Shown: positions 1 through 12,008, counted from the whole stretch's first letter. The stretch is 61,855 bases of DNA, filler included, from Basidiobolus ranarum (GCA_040143965.1; 14 parts of 14 records of this genome joined end to end with filler, not necessarily neighbours in it), one strand, 5' to 3'. Notes: generated by a model not told the origin, from the letters alone. Numbers and translations are program-made.

Positions 1-630
1 TTACTCTCCATATTGCTACACCCGATCACAACCTGACTCAGTAGAGCGAGTACAAATAGAGTAGTATAGAATTTCATCGCTTTGGTGTTGATCTATGAAT
101 TGGAGGATGTAGTTATTTGAGAATTAAGTGCGGCTAAGTAATCTTATTTAAGTCTGTTTTTTTACATCATAAAATGATATAGTGTTCTTAAAATAGACTT
201 TGCACAGCTCCATGCACACGTTTGCTGCTTTGTACCTTACGTACTTTACTCAAAGTAGCTGTACCCCTAGTATGCATCTAATTAGCTATGCCAAGTATAA
301 AGCCTTCTTCAGGTATTTCAAGTATGCCGACATAACGGCTTCATCAATCATCCATAGGCAAGCCTAGTAGGATGCTTGACCCTTTTTAATGCACTTATGA
401 GCAGCCTTTCGGTAACATGATTTAGTAGTACATAAATTGAATCTTCCATAAGGTATGAGTGGACTTAATTTTTATACATTTTTATTATCAAGATATATAT
501 TCTCCAACAAAGTCTCAACCATTTATAAAGGTAAGCGAGTAAGTTATTTTAATTTAGTATTGTTCGTTCAGAAAGACATTAGTTCCCCACAATAGAAACT
601 TATAGTTCACCTCCACTATTCAACTGGCAA

Positions 631-933
631 ATGAGGTTCTATGCTACTATGATCATCCTGGCCTTCCTTGGCCAAGCCGTGATGGCATGTTCCAATACAG
701 AAAGCAAGTGCTCTTCTGAAGACGACAGAACCATCACCCGCTGTGCCAATGGTGACTGGGTCAGCACCAAGTGTGGTGAAGGAACAGTTTGTCGTAAAAA
801 AGATCATACCGGTCCATTCTGTGACTATGCTGACGACCACGATGAGGACGGTGAGGATGAACACGAAGACTGGGATAACAATGAGGATGGGGAAGAAGAA
901 CACGATGGGGACGATAACGAGGATGACCATTAG
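631..933 (+). CDS. Small secreted 6-Cys (CBM19-like) protein with acidic/His tail, paralog 1 (100 aa)
   Basis: Signal peptide MRFYATMIILAFLGQAVMA. C-x6-C-x10-C-x9-C-x5-C-x9-C domain containing CxNGDWVxxxCGEGTVC. 36-aa D/E/H tail. TATAAA at 524. Two close paralogs on the same contig. Confidence 0.88.
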   Translation: MRFYATMIILAFLGQAVMACSNTESKCSSEDDRTITRCANGDWVSTKCGEGTVCRKKDHTGPFCDYADDHDEDGEDEHEDWDNNEDGEEEHDGDDNEDDH

Positions 934-1510
934 GTAGTTTATTCTATTCCACCTTTATCTCCTCATTGTTAGTCGATAATACCGTATTGTAATATATTCT
1001 ACAATTGAAATAAGTCCAGTTCACGACATTTGTGAACTATCCGTCAATTAAAAAAATCCTTTTAAACCTGCCATTTATGTGTTATATAGTATCTCTCCAA
1101 ATATACTTTTACTTGTTTGGTTACCGATTAGTGTATGTTGTTACAAGAAAATCAATCTCGATTGATATCTAAATCTTCCTTTTACCTATCACATGTTTGA
1201 TTGGATTGTATCGAGCGTTACCAATAGAAGAGTCAAACCATGAATTAACTAAAAAATGGTGACAGCAGGAAGTTTCCAAGAAAGGTACACCAAGAAGCAG
1301 ACTGATTGATTTCAACTGTAGTGGTAAGAAAATTTGCATTCAAGTGAATCACATAATGCCTAATGAAGATAACGAAAGTTCATGAATGTTCCAATACACC
1401 ACTATGAGATGAACATTGTTGATTGTAGGATGAATTTATTTAGGTTGATATGTGGTCTTGACGTCAAATCTATGTAAACATGGTAATGAATCACTATCTT
1501 AGTGAGCACT

Positions 1511-1861
1511 CTAGTCTTCTTGATGATCGTGGCTATCTTCGCCATGACCTTCCCAGCCTTCAGTATCGTGGCCATCTTCGTGATGGTCATCTTCCCAGTC
1601 ATTGTGTTTCTCGTGGTTACTTTCCCAATCCCCATCGTGTTCCCATTCCTCATGGTCATCGGCATGATCACAGAAAGGTCCAGTGTGGTCCTTCTCTCGA
1701 CACACAGTCTCTTCACCACACTTAGTCTTGACCCAATCATCGTTGACACAACGAATGATGGTTCGGTCATCTTCTGAGGAACACTTGCTCTCCATGTGTG
1801 TACATGCCATTACGGCCTGACTGAAAAATGTGAGGACGATAAGAGTAACGTAGAATCTCAT
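1511..1861 (-). CDS. Small secreted 6-Cys (CBM19-like) protein with His/Asp/Trp tail, paralog 2 (116 aa)
   Basis: Same signal peptide and Cys spacing as paralog 1. 52-aa tail with 11 His. TATA-like element on the minus strand near 1952-1958. Confidence 0.88.
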   Translation of the reverse strand: MRFYVTLIVLTFFSQAVMACTHMESKCSSEDDRTIIRCVNDDWVKTKCGEETVCREKDHTGPFCDHADDHEEWEHDGDWESNHEKHNDWEDDHHEDGHDTEGWEGHGEDSHDHQED

Positions 1862-2177
1862 GAATATTAATAGCTTGTAGTGATAAAGGGGAACTACCGA
1901 ATAATTAAATAATGAAATTAACTGTTGTGGTTGTCAGTGATTGTTCTCTCGTTTTATATCATTGAAGCGCAGGAATATCTTACTTGATTACTGGAAGTTA
2001 TAGGTATGTGGTAGCCACGTAATGTGGATTAGTTTACACCAAGTGCATATTCGTCGAGTTACTACTATGCTTCCATTGAAGTATTATAGGAAATGCAAAG
2101 TATATGATTGATCTCTCAGGGAGGTGCTCTGGGGGCACGAAATACTATTAGCAAGTAATTTTGACAAATGCAGAGAG

Positions 2178-2551
2178 AATTTGAAGCACTGCAGCCAATC
2201 GCCGAGATATGTTCGTAATATCACATCAGGGTTCAACTACATAATACCGCATTTTGGTTCCTGAAGACTGGCTCTTCACTTGTCTTCATGTTAAAAAGTT
2301 GAGGTCCATTGAAATCACCATAATTGATGCAACATTTAGGGTTGAGCTCTAAGAGTGGTACTCGAGAGGCGCGGAATACCATTAACGATTGTTTTCAGTA
2401 AGTACATGCTAAATTTGAAGTACTGCGGTTAGTCGACGAGAGAAGTTCGTAATATCGCATCAGAGTTTAACTGCACTACGCTGCATTGTGCTTCCTGAAG
2501 ACTGATTTACCTACCTTTATGTTGAAAGATTGAGGCCCTGCATTGAAGATC
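2178..2551. repeat. Duplicated ~135-bp upstream block (2178-2316 and 2411-2551; third partial copy 3748-3832)
   Basis: Shared core AATTTGAA-x-ACTG...TCGxCGA...TTCGTAATATCRCATCA upstream of paralogs 2 and 3. The first two copies also share TTCCTGAAGACTG. Confidence 0.75.
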
Positions 2552-3031
2552 GCGAAGAACCAATTACTATACCAGTCAAATGACTCGCCCTTTTCAAAAA
2601 AATCAAAATTAAAGATCTCTTCCCAATAACCGCTAAACATCAACAGATGTACCTATGTGCTGTCAATATATTAAAGGTAATCTGCTTCTGGAGTATAATA
2701 TCTTCTGTTGAATTCGAGAAGCATGCATCCTTGATTTGTTCTGTTGGTATATTAAGAAAGTAACTCATCAAAGGATACTCTATTCTTTCTGTGGGAATTC
2801 ATCATAGTTACATGGCCCATTTGGTATTTAGATAATGAAGCAGAGCATCATATTATCAAGTCAATTTAAGTATAGTATTTGGAGTTGTTCACTCTAAAGT
2901 TTTTTTGAAGAAACATCTGTTTCAACAAATATATCTACATAGCTGATTTAATGAAGATGTTTATTTATGCCAATGGTAATGTCTTCGAAGAAACGTCTAT
3001 TTCAACATATGTGTATATTTAAGTAGTTGAT

Positions 3032-3433
3032 TTAATGATCGTGGCTGTCTTCATGGTGATCCTCCGAGTCATCATCATGACCATGAGTATTTTCGTGGTC
3101 ATCTTCCCAGTCTCCATCGTGGTGCCAGTCATCATGATCATGCTCATCATCGTGATGATCGTCTTCCCAGTCATCATGCTCCTCGTGGTTATCTTCCCGA
3201 CCCCCATCGTGATCCCATTCCTCGTGGTCATCGGCATGGTCACAGAATGGTCCAGTGTGGTCCTTCTCACGACAAACAGTCTCTTCACCACACATAGTCT
3301 TGACCCAGTCGTCATTAACACAACGAACAATGGTACGGTCGTCCTCAGAGGAGCACTTGCTCTCCATATGTGTACATGCCATCACTGCCCGACTAATGAG
3401 AGCGAGGGTTATAAGAGAAGCGTAGAATTTCAT
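3032..3433 (-). CDS. Small secreted 6-Cys (CBM19-like) protein with long His/Asp/Trp tail, paralog 3 (133 aa)
   Basis: Same architecture. 69-aa tail with 18 His built from HDxDWEDDH-like units. TATATAAAA on the minus strand near 3529-3537. Confidence 0.88.
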   Translation of the reverse strand: MKFYASLITLALISRAVMACTHMESKCSSEDDRTIVRCVNDDWVKTMCGEETVCREKDHTGPFCDHADDHEEWDHDGGREDNHEEHDDWEDDHHDDEHDHDDWHHDGDWEDDHENTHGHDDDSEDHHEDSHDH

Positions 3434-4336
3434 AGCTGCTAATAAATGACAACGATATATGAGTATTATCGTTTAGATTATTGACGAGTGTATAGTTGAT
3501 GAATTGAGTGTTATGATAATTTGTAGTCTTTTATATACCATTGAGACGAGGGTTCCAATTACCTAATATTCGGTAGTTACAACAGTCAGAGAACGATGTA
3601 ATGTGGATATGTATACAGTAAGTGCATATACATTGAGGTACCAATAAATATCAGTGAAATTCATGTATAGGATACAAAGTGCATGGTAAAGAATGTAGGG
3701 AGGTACAACACGACATGCTACCCTCAAAATGTTTGTCACTCAAGAGTAAATTTGAAATACTGAAGTCAATCGACGACTTGAATTCGTAATATCGCATCAA
3801 TGATACCAGTATTCAAATACATTATATTGCATTATTGTCGAACTCTCTATGCAGTACATTAAAGATCGCCAAGAAGGAGTTAGTAAACATGTAAAACGGT
3901 TTACCTTTAACAAGAATATAGTATGTGGAGATGAATCAAGCTCAATTCCGGTACTTCATCTAGGGTATATTTCATATTGCTCACCATTTTGGTTTCATTT
4001 ATCCATATACTTGGACAATTATCAATACGATACTTGTTAATATATTCCGTAAACTTTTTGAAATCAAAAACGACCTATCTATAAATACTCCAAAATTTTC
4101 TATAAAAGCAATAGTTGAATCAAACCTGTGTATGACTATAAATAAACAGTTTTGGTACAACGAATAGTGAGTTAATCGTCACTCAATGTATTCTAGGTGA
4201 GTTTTTAAATGTTAATATACCGTTAGACTCTAGGAACTGACAGAACATATTTTAGTTAATCAGAGATTCTAAGTATTTGATATATACTGATAGAAGATCA
4301 GAAGCTGTTTATTAATGCTAAATCGAATTTTGTTTC

Positions 4337-4436
4337 NNNNNNNNNNNNNNNNNNNNNNNNNNNNNNNNNNNNNNNNNNNNTTAATTAATTAANNNNNNNN
4401 NNNNNNNNNNNNNNNNNNNNNNNNNNNNNNNNNNNN
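4337..4436. other. Artificial contig-joining spacer (first of 13)
   Basis: N44+TTAATTAATTAA (stops in all six frames)+N44. Also at 8770-8869, 13200-13299, 17630-17729, 22059-22158, 26486-26585, 30912-31011, 35338-35437, 39762-39861, 44186-44285, 48607-48706, 53027-53126 and 57443-57542. Intervening contigs never increase in length. Confidence 0.99.
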
Positions 4437-5316
4437 ATTGAGAACACATAGTAAAATGTACCAGCAACAATGGTTCAAAGAGGATGCTACAGCGGTTCTG
4501 GCAGTGCTCTCTTCCAGATACGCAACTGCCTCTCGGGTCGGGTGGGCAATGCTATATGTATACAGACGAGCACTACGCAGACCTAGAGACCCCAAAATCA
4601 TTTCTTCTGCCAGAAGTCCCATCGATTCTCTACATAGAAATCCTATATCTGCTCGATGTGTGTGCTACGTCTAAATCCCACTCTGTATGGGTCAATTTGA
4701 AGCTGTCATTCTTCCAATGTCCAAGGGTTTCATAGTCCCCGCTCTCCCGCAATCATCCAATAGCCGGGCTATTTGGGATGTTACAGCAGCTAAACTATCA
4801 ATGTTTCGTTTTAAGGAATTATTAAGCATGATGCGATGAAATTTTTTCATGGCACTATTACACGCGGCGCTCGTGTATTTATTTGCTACAGAAATTATGG
4901 TCAAGAAGTTCAAACAGTGCTTTGGATCCATTTTGTTTGGATGGCTCCCAAATTACCAAAGATGGATGGAGACACCTACTAGAGTTTTAAATTGATGCGT
5001 TAGTAAATGAATTTGCTGATCTTGTATCTCGCTTATTGGGTCACCTATTGGCCAAATACTACGATTGTGACTTGAAAGTGGAATGGCTCGTTCAAAAAGG
5101 AGAATAACACAGTATCATAAACCTGTTTCACTGCCCACATAAAATACAGTTACGCGTCTGATATCTTGGGCATTTTTCTTCACAATTTAATATCCTGTTG
5201 ACTTCGGAATCAACACAGAATCGTTCGTTCGTCTGGCTCGTTGTTTTATTCCTTCCAGAACTTGCATTTTTTGTCTAATACAAACTCATCCCCTAATTCT
5301 TACCGCTTTGTTCATA

Positions 5317-6104
5317 ATGGGTCAGCTTAAGCTTGGCGACATTGCCCCAGGTAAACTCCTCTCTCAATCACTTGACCTTACGTCATCACCACTCTCCACT
5401 TTCGTGAATACGCCTCTCAAAGATCTTTCCCTACTTTCTCATAGACTTCATTGCTTCAACAACACAAGGAACCCTTAACTTTCACCAATGGATTGGCGAC
5501 CAGTGGACGTTCATGTTTTCTCACCCTGCTGACTTCAGTACTGTTCCAGTAATAATGTTATTTCCAACAGACTTCCGTTCTCTAAATGTAGTTTACTTTA
5601 CTAGCACCTGTATGCACCACTGAAATAGCAGCAGTCGCCCAATTACAACCAGAGTTTGAAAAACGAAACTGTAAAATCGTTGGAATTAGTTCAGATATAG
5701 TGGAAGATCATGAGGCCTGGTTGAACGATATCCATGAAATACACAACGTACAAGTACAATTCCCCATCGTAAGTGTTCACCTAGTCAACCCCCCTCTCTT
5801 GGAAACGTTTCAAACTCACTTGGTGGTTTCATAGATTGCGGATGCCGACCGAAGAATTTCAATACTATATGACATGCTCGATGTAGAAGACTCCATCTCC
5901 TTTACCTCCTCCATTACTCAAAATCTCTTCAATTTACGTACTGTGTACTTAATCGATCCTAGTAAAAAGATTCGGATGAGTTTAACTTATCCAGCTTCCT
6001 GCGGAAGGAACTTTCATGAGATATTGCGTGTAGTCGATGTATTACAACTACGGGATAGGATGGTGGCTCAACGACTTGCTTCTTGTAAAAATGGTACGAG
6101 TTGA
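5317..6104 (+). CDS. PRX1: 1-Cys peroxiredoxin (Prx6/PRX1 family), 4 exons
   Basis: Manual splicing gives exons 5317-5350, 5445-5537, 5605-5768, 5835-6104 with GT-AG introns. Translation MGQLKLGDIAPDF...FSHPADFTPVCTTE...FPIIADADR...TYPASCGRNFHEILRVVD. PVCTTE is the Prx6 peroxidatic motif. Confidence 0.93.
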
Positions 6105-8146
6105 TCATTAGCATATTTGTATGGAGGAAAAGTATACCTTCCCTTAGGCCTCCAATTTAATTACTCTCTGTTCATGTCCCCTTACTCGTTGTCCCATTGT
6201 TTGGTGGAAATTTTTCAAGTTCTTAACTCATCTTCTCTACGAGTTAGTACCCTTATAGCTGGCCAAATATTGGTGAACATTTAGTCAGTATTATAATATA
6301 TAGACTTACTATAAAAGTACATTTCTATGCTGACAAATAAACTGATCAACTGGAAGAAATGTTGGCGTTGACCTGAGATACAACTGTGAGGATGCGGGCT
6401 TTCCAAGAACTCTAGCATAATTTAGGTAGTGTACATTCATTGCAAGATCTCCCGATACATCTTGATACCATGTGGGATGCATACTTATCCTCAGTAAATG
6501 TAGTAATCATTATGGCCAATTCGATTATATTCATCAAGCTCTTGACTATTTGCATGTAATTTAATTCTTTTTCCTACTTCAACCAGGTTTTTGGATTTTG
6601 AATTATGGATCTCTTGATACAATTAGCTAAACGTAATCTATATGTAAACTTAAGAGCATTGATACTCCTACCTACCTCCCCTACTTGTTTGACTCTATGC
6701 TCTTGGATAATGTCCGTGTATGTTTAATGTATGATATATTGGTTTGCTACTCATGTATGGACTATATTCAGCAAGGTGTATGGCATGTGCAAATCAAGAC
6801 ACTGATACAATACTTTTGAACTGGCATTGTGTTGCTTTATGTCAACTCTTCTTTAACTGCTGACACTCTCAGAGACTCCTGCTAGGGGATGGCCCTTATC
6901 ATGCTTTCTCTTAACTCACTATTAATAAAGCCTGTTAGCACAACATAACCTACCCTAAGGGTGTATCTTAACCAGTAACCTGGCAGATTAGGTATATGGT
7001 TAGTGAGCCAGACAGTGATACTGAAAGAATTTATTGTAGTTATTTTTTTAGTAGCATATAATTGCTTCTTGAGTTGATTATCTTCTCTACAACATGACCA
7101 TCAGTGAAAAATACACAATATAAATGGAACATGCTAGGCACCAATACTTAAAATTGCTTAACTTTTGCTATATCTAATCAGCTTGAATAATGATTCATTT
7201 AGTTAATCACTATTACTAACAAGTCACCTGACCATATTCAGTGACTTAATCTTGTAACCTGTCATATGACTGACTCTCTGCTCTCTTATCCCTTTTATCA
7301 GAACATATGACCACTCATGTGATAATTATGCAGTCAGTATTAACCACTGAGTCATCTGCTAAGACACAAGTCAATATTAGTCATAAGAATCATAAGTAAT
7401 GATCTTTCACTGCCAGGACTTCAGCCAAGGCATGACCTACTTATCTGTATATCTTATCATATATCTGTTCCATCAGAATTAATCAGCCAAGCTGCCTAGC
7501 CAACATACTTTCCATCATTATGCACCATATGAAAAATGAAACTTGAAATCCCAGAGAAATTTGCAAAAGTTGCTCTTTATCCTGATTCACCATTGGAATC
7601 TCAATATCAATTGGGATGAAAAATGATTTCCAACCATGGGAAATTGATTTATTGCTTATCCAATTTATCATTATACTAGAGTGTCCATCTTTTATTGGCT
7701 AGAAGTCTTTACAAAAACTTCTCACCTATTACAGGAGGATTTTCACAGTGCACAACAATATACTTTGATTTTTTTCATTATACTTTGACTAGATTTAGCT
7801 ACTCTTATAATATATATTTGGTTATAGTGTGATGTGTCCCTATGACAGTGAATTTTGAATGGCCAGGAATACATTGTGATCAAATTGGTGCAATACAATC
7901 AGAAACACTGATATTAGCATGCATATATTTGGTATACTTGTATCAAGGATTTATATCACTTATTTTTATCAACACATTATTTCAGCTGCAATGGCAGTCA
8001 AAAAATACAATATATTCTCCTTCATTCACTTCAGTAAGTGCACAATTATGATTAAGCAGATATTTCTCCAAAATTTCAAGGCTTCCCCCCAATACTCACT
8101 ATGGCAAAGTAACTATTCATACTATACTGCCTGAAACAGGTACATT

Positions 8147-8494
8147 TGTCAAAGTATTTGGGAGCCTGTTGGAAGTGGTTTGGAGAACTAGAGGAATTGG
8201 TGGTTTTCACTTATTGATTTATTGAGTAGAAAGTTGACATTTATAGGTTTTCAAGATGTAAACAAACTAACATGTAGAATATGTTAAAGAAGGTCCCAGG
8301 AACATGTGTGCAAAGTTTGGGGCTTTTAGCACAAGCTTGAAAAAATCTATATATCTGGGAACTTCTAAGTTGGTAAAAATATTCTAAGTAAATTCCGATT
8401 GCGGATAATTGATAATATCTTAGTGAATTATAAGATAACTAAGTACTAAGCTCTATATGACTATATAGGTGTTTATGCAATGCCAATTTCAACA
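8147..8494 (-). mobile_element. Ty1/copia 3' LTR, family A (348 bp)
   Basis: On the minus strand it starts TGTTGAAATTGG right after the PPT GAGGGAGAG and ends ...TTTGACA. Homologous to 12009-12323 and 21243-21590. Confidence 0.88.
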
Positions 8495-8505
8495 CTCTCC
8501 CTCAA

Positions 8506-8769
8506 CTAAATGGTCATATAAACTAATCCTAATAAAGGTCTAAATTTGTCAAATTTCTGTCTAGCTAATGGTTTGGTTAATATATCAGCAATCATGTCTT
8601 TTGTAGAACAATAAGTTAAGTCAATAAACTTATTCTCTATAGTCTCTCTAATGAAGTGATACTTAATATCTATGTGTTTGCTTGTATTATGAAACATGGG
8701 ATTTTTAGCTAATTTGATGCAACTTTGATTATCTTGAAATATTGTAGTTGGTGAATTTGAGAATAACCC
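8506..8769 (-). mobile_element. Ty1/copia pol C-terminus (RNase H), open frame
   Basis: PTTIFQDNQSCIKLAKNPMFHNTSKHIDIKYHFIRE...DMIADILTKPL, followed by PPT and LTR. Truncated by the contig end. Confidence 0.95.
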
Positions 8770-8869
8770 NNNNNNNNNNNNNNNNNNNNNNNNNNNNNNN
8801 NNNNNNNNNNNNNTTAATTAATTAANNNNNNNNNNNNNNNNNNNNNNNNNNNNNNNNNNNNNNNNNNNN

Positions 8870-9461
8870 ATAAGCCAAGGAGGAATTGTAACAAAACGCC
8901 AACAACAACTGTCCTCCACGGAATACTTTTGCGATTGTCAGATGTTGCATATAGTAACACAATAAATACAACGAGACCAAGAAGTGATCTTAACCTGTCT
9001 AGTCGAGTACTATGTCCCTCTTGAACAGGAAGGGCAAGAGTAACTGATACAATCAATGCAACCGGAAGTAGGACACCCAGGATGAGACGAATTTTTTCGG
9101 GAATTGCCGAGACAACTTTCATGATTGCACCAAAAAACATTCCCAAAGGCTTGGAAAGGATTTTGGTAGTCACGTGGTAGAACATGAGCTTTAAAGACAC
9201 AAAAGCCCAGAGCAATGAAAGGACCAAGGAGTCCTTACCATGTAATACCCAGGCCCCTATCATCATCCCAGTGATGATTAAGAACATGAGGAGATGGAAC
9301 CATAAGCGATAGCGACGGTAAAATGTCGGCGGCTGATCATTCAGCGAGGTGTCTACCTCTTTCTTCTCCTCGGGATAAGTGTCATTCGCACTTACAGGGA
9401 GAAATGAGGTAGGATGAGACTCTGAAACTCTTGGGGCTTCGGTGGTGTTGTCCACAGTCAT
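8870..9461 (-). CDS. Concentrative nucleoside transporter (CNT/SLC28 family), 5' part
   Basis: Likely start MTVDNTT at 9461. N-terminal TM helices, then RLRSLLGLVVFIVLLYATSDNRKSIPWRTVVVGVLLQFLLGL, typical of the CNT N-terminal domain. Cut by the contig end. Confidence 0.9.
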
Positions 9462-10372
9462 AGCTAGAAAATAGTAATTGAGGAAGTAGATAGTAAGGAT
9501 GTTTACTTGAAAGCACATTACTTTTATACAAATAGCTGTGTTGGCCTCGACATGGCGAATCAGAATTATGACAATGATTACCATTTCTGGAATCAATTAA
9601 GAATATTTACCTTCCCAAAAAAGAGTTTTCTGTTTTCGTAAATAGTACCTTTTTGTGGTTATAATTTGGATGGATACTTGGACAGGATAATTTAAAGAAC
9701 AAACTTGGACTATATCGAAGGTGACAGAACAAACACTATGCTTTCCAATGCTGGCTAACACGTTGGTCAATCCCTTAGTTAATACCTGGGTAAATAGAGA
9801 AAAGGGTTCAAACAAAAAAGGGCAATAATTCTGAACACGATAGATTACCATTTATAGTTAAATTGTAGAGTTAATGTAGGTAAAATGGAAATACCTAATA
9901 TATATCCATATTTGGCTGTTTCTCCTTGATTTCGAAGAGTCAGTGATAGAAGACTGAAAACTAAGCCACTATATATTGTGTGGAGTAGAGATGGATCCAA
10001 ACAACGTTCGCGTCCAATTATCTATGGATTCCTAGCCCTTAACTAATGACTGGAGGATCCAGACTGGTTTCAGGTTTGGCATAATTGTGATGATACTAAT
10101 ATGACATAGAACATCAGTTAAAGATATTCATACACTATCTAGTATACATTAGTGGCTGTATATTCACTAGCATCATCCCTTATGTCTGGATGCATTCATC
10201 AAACTGCCATTTTGAAGAGAATGACCAGTAATAGTAGAAAGTATCATTAATGTAGCCACTTGAGCACTCTATAATGATCGCCAAAGCTTTATACTATCTT
10301 TTCAGTTATCCTTAATAATTTGCAACTGGCATTGTTTATTGACGTCGTATATTCTAACCAAGGTATATTAAC

Positions 10373-10960
10373 TCAATTGCTTGAAAGGGCATGCACAACT
10401 ATTGAGAAACTGGGAAAACCTTGGGTGGAGGTAGTAGGATCAGCACCACTTAGACCCAATGCGACTGGGGATTCGAGTTCAAAGTACTGACTCAATGGCG
10501 GAAATATATTGGCTTCGGGAACGATAAATTTGGCTTCTTGAAGAGTATATAGAGTAAGGCTACTCTGAGAAGTTAATGAATGATCACTCGTAACCTTGAA
10601 GTTTGCAAAAACTGTAAAATAAGGTGGTTGAAGCAAATGCTCTAATACCGGGATGGATCCAGTACTTGTTTCCTCTGTTAAAACTTGTTCAAATTTGACA
10701 TTTCCCAATACTGGATCCGTAGCCAACTCGTTGAATTTGGTTAATTTTAGCCCTAGTTTTCCCACATCGTCGATAACTTCACGCAGAGTTAAATCGCCTT
10801 CTACATTCAGCAGCACCGTCCCCGAGTCAAGTTGAAGTGGAATATTTACACCACGAAACGTACAAGGGATATCAATATTAATAGTAGGCAACGAAAGTGG
10901 CAAACTCGACACAGAGGAAAGTAGGCAAAAGGCTAGGAAATGAACAGTAGAGAACAGCAT
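10373..10960 (-). CDS. Intronless secreted protein of unknown function (195 aa)
   Basis: Signal peptide MLFSTVHFLAFCLLSSVSS. Beta-rich mature part with FPP...ELESPVAL. Normal CpG content. TATTTAA about 40 nt upstream. Confidence 0.8.
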   Translation of the reverse strand: MLFSTVHFLAFCLLSSVSSLPLSLPTINIDIPCTFRGVNIPLQLDSGTVLLNVEGDLTLREVIDDVGKLGLKLTKFNELATDPVLGNVKFEQVLTEETSTGSIPVLEHLLQPPYFTVFANFKVTSDHSLTSQSSLTLYTLQEAKFIVPEANIFPPLSQYFELESPVALGLSGADPTTSTQGFPSFSIVVHALSSN

Positions 10961-12008
10961 ATTGTGAAGTTGTGAATTGTAACATGCTAATCCTTCAACT
11001 TAAATAGCCATTCACGACTGGGGCTATGTGACTACCAGTGTGACTGACATCAGGCAAAAAGAATCAAGGTTTGTATAAGCTATACTTCGATATGTAACCC
11101 CTAAGATTTGATAACGGTGATGATCAAGGTGCATTACCGAGTATTGTAGCCAAATCCTTGACGAACTCTAGATCCTGCAACACAACCCTGGTATATCGCA
11201 TCATTTCTTGATCTGCCTTGCATCTATATTATGGCATGCCATAAGATGTGATGATTTGCTAATGATTCGGTAGTTTCCGTTACTCCCACTTCATCCTATT
11301 TAACATGCCACGAGTCTTTGCCATGCATTTTCCACCTCTGCAGTACTCTGACTGGTACTAAAGAACTGGTAGAATGTAAGTAGTAACTTTATCATGATCA
11401 TAATTTGATCAGCAAAAGTGAAGTCTTAAAGTCGATATCATAGTGATAGTAACGTAATTGAATCAAGGTAGAAATACTTGTGAGTATGTAGTTCTTCAAA
11501 TTTTACTCTCAACACTTAAGATAAAGATACATAGTAGTGAGAATAGTAATCAATACAGTTAGTGATTATGATTACACTAATAGATGATATTTAGACCTTA
11601 CATGTTAATGGCGTACATTGGCGTTAAGAAGCAATTTGTCGATTCTAATTATTCTTGCCCTTCATCTTGTTTGATAAACTTAGTCATTAGAGAACATTCC
11701 GATTGAAGATTCGGAATACAAATCCTTAGTTTGAGAATAGGTTAGACCTATTTACCCAATCTAGGGTAATTTTGTATTCTTAATACTGTATATCCGAGAG
11801 TGGACTGATTATTCATCACTCTAGTTAATATGTGGCCACCAGTGGCTGCAATGATAATCTAAAGTGCTCCTCCGTATGCCCACACCACATACAACGGGCA
11901 AGCAATGCCAAGTCAATTCTGTGGCCAGACCCTTTGTAGTTTATCTGGAATTCTGACGTAGCAATACTGTTGGAGCTAGAACCAAAACCAGATGTTTGGG
12001 GGGCTATT

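Noticed and set aside
213-219. TGCACAC metal-response-element core upstream of His-rich paralog 1
   Set aside because: Single 7-mer of an animal MTF-1 consensus, not seen at equivalent positions in the other two promoters. Chance occurrence is likely.
616-3442. Hydrophobic membrane-like ORFs (616-930, 1502-1777, 3035-3442) and Met/Thr-rich ORFs (743-937, 1402-1770, 3019-3330)
   Set aside because: Antisense or alternate-frame shadows of the GAY/CAY/GAR-rich codons of the His/Asp genes.
4437-4931. Short overlapping ORFs at the start of contig 2
   Set aside because: No recognisable motif or consistent splice model. Cannot be supported as a gene.
6500-8140. CpG-poor stretch downstream of the peroxiredoxin (similarly 33150-34300 and 54500-56200)
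   Set aside because: Probably old TE debris, but I could not read any diagnostic motif, so it is left unannotated.
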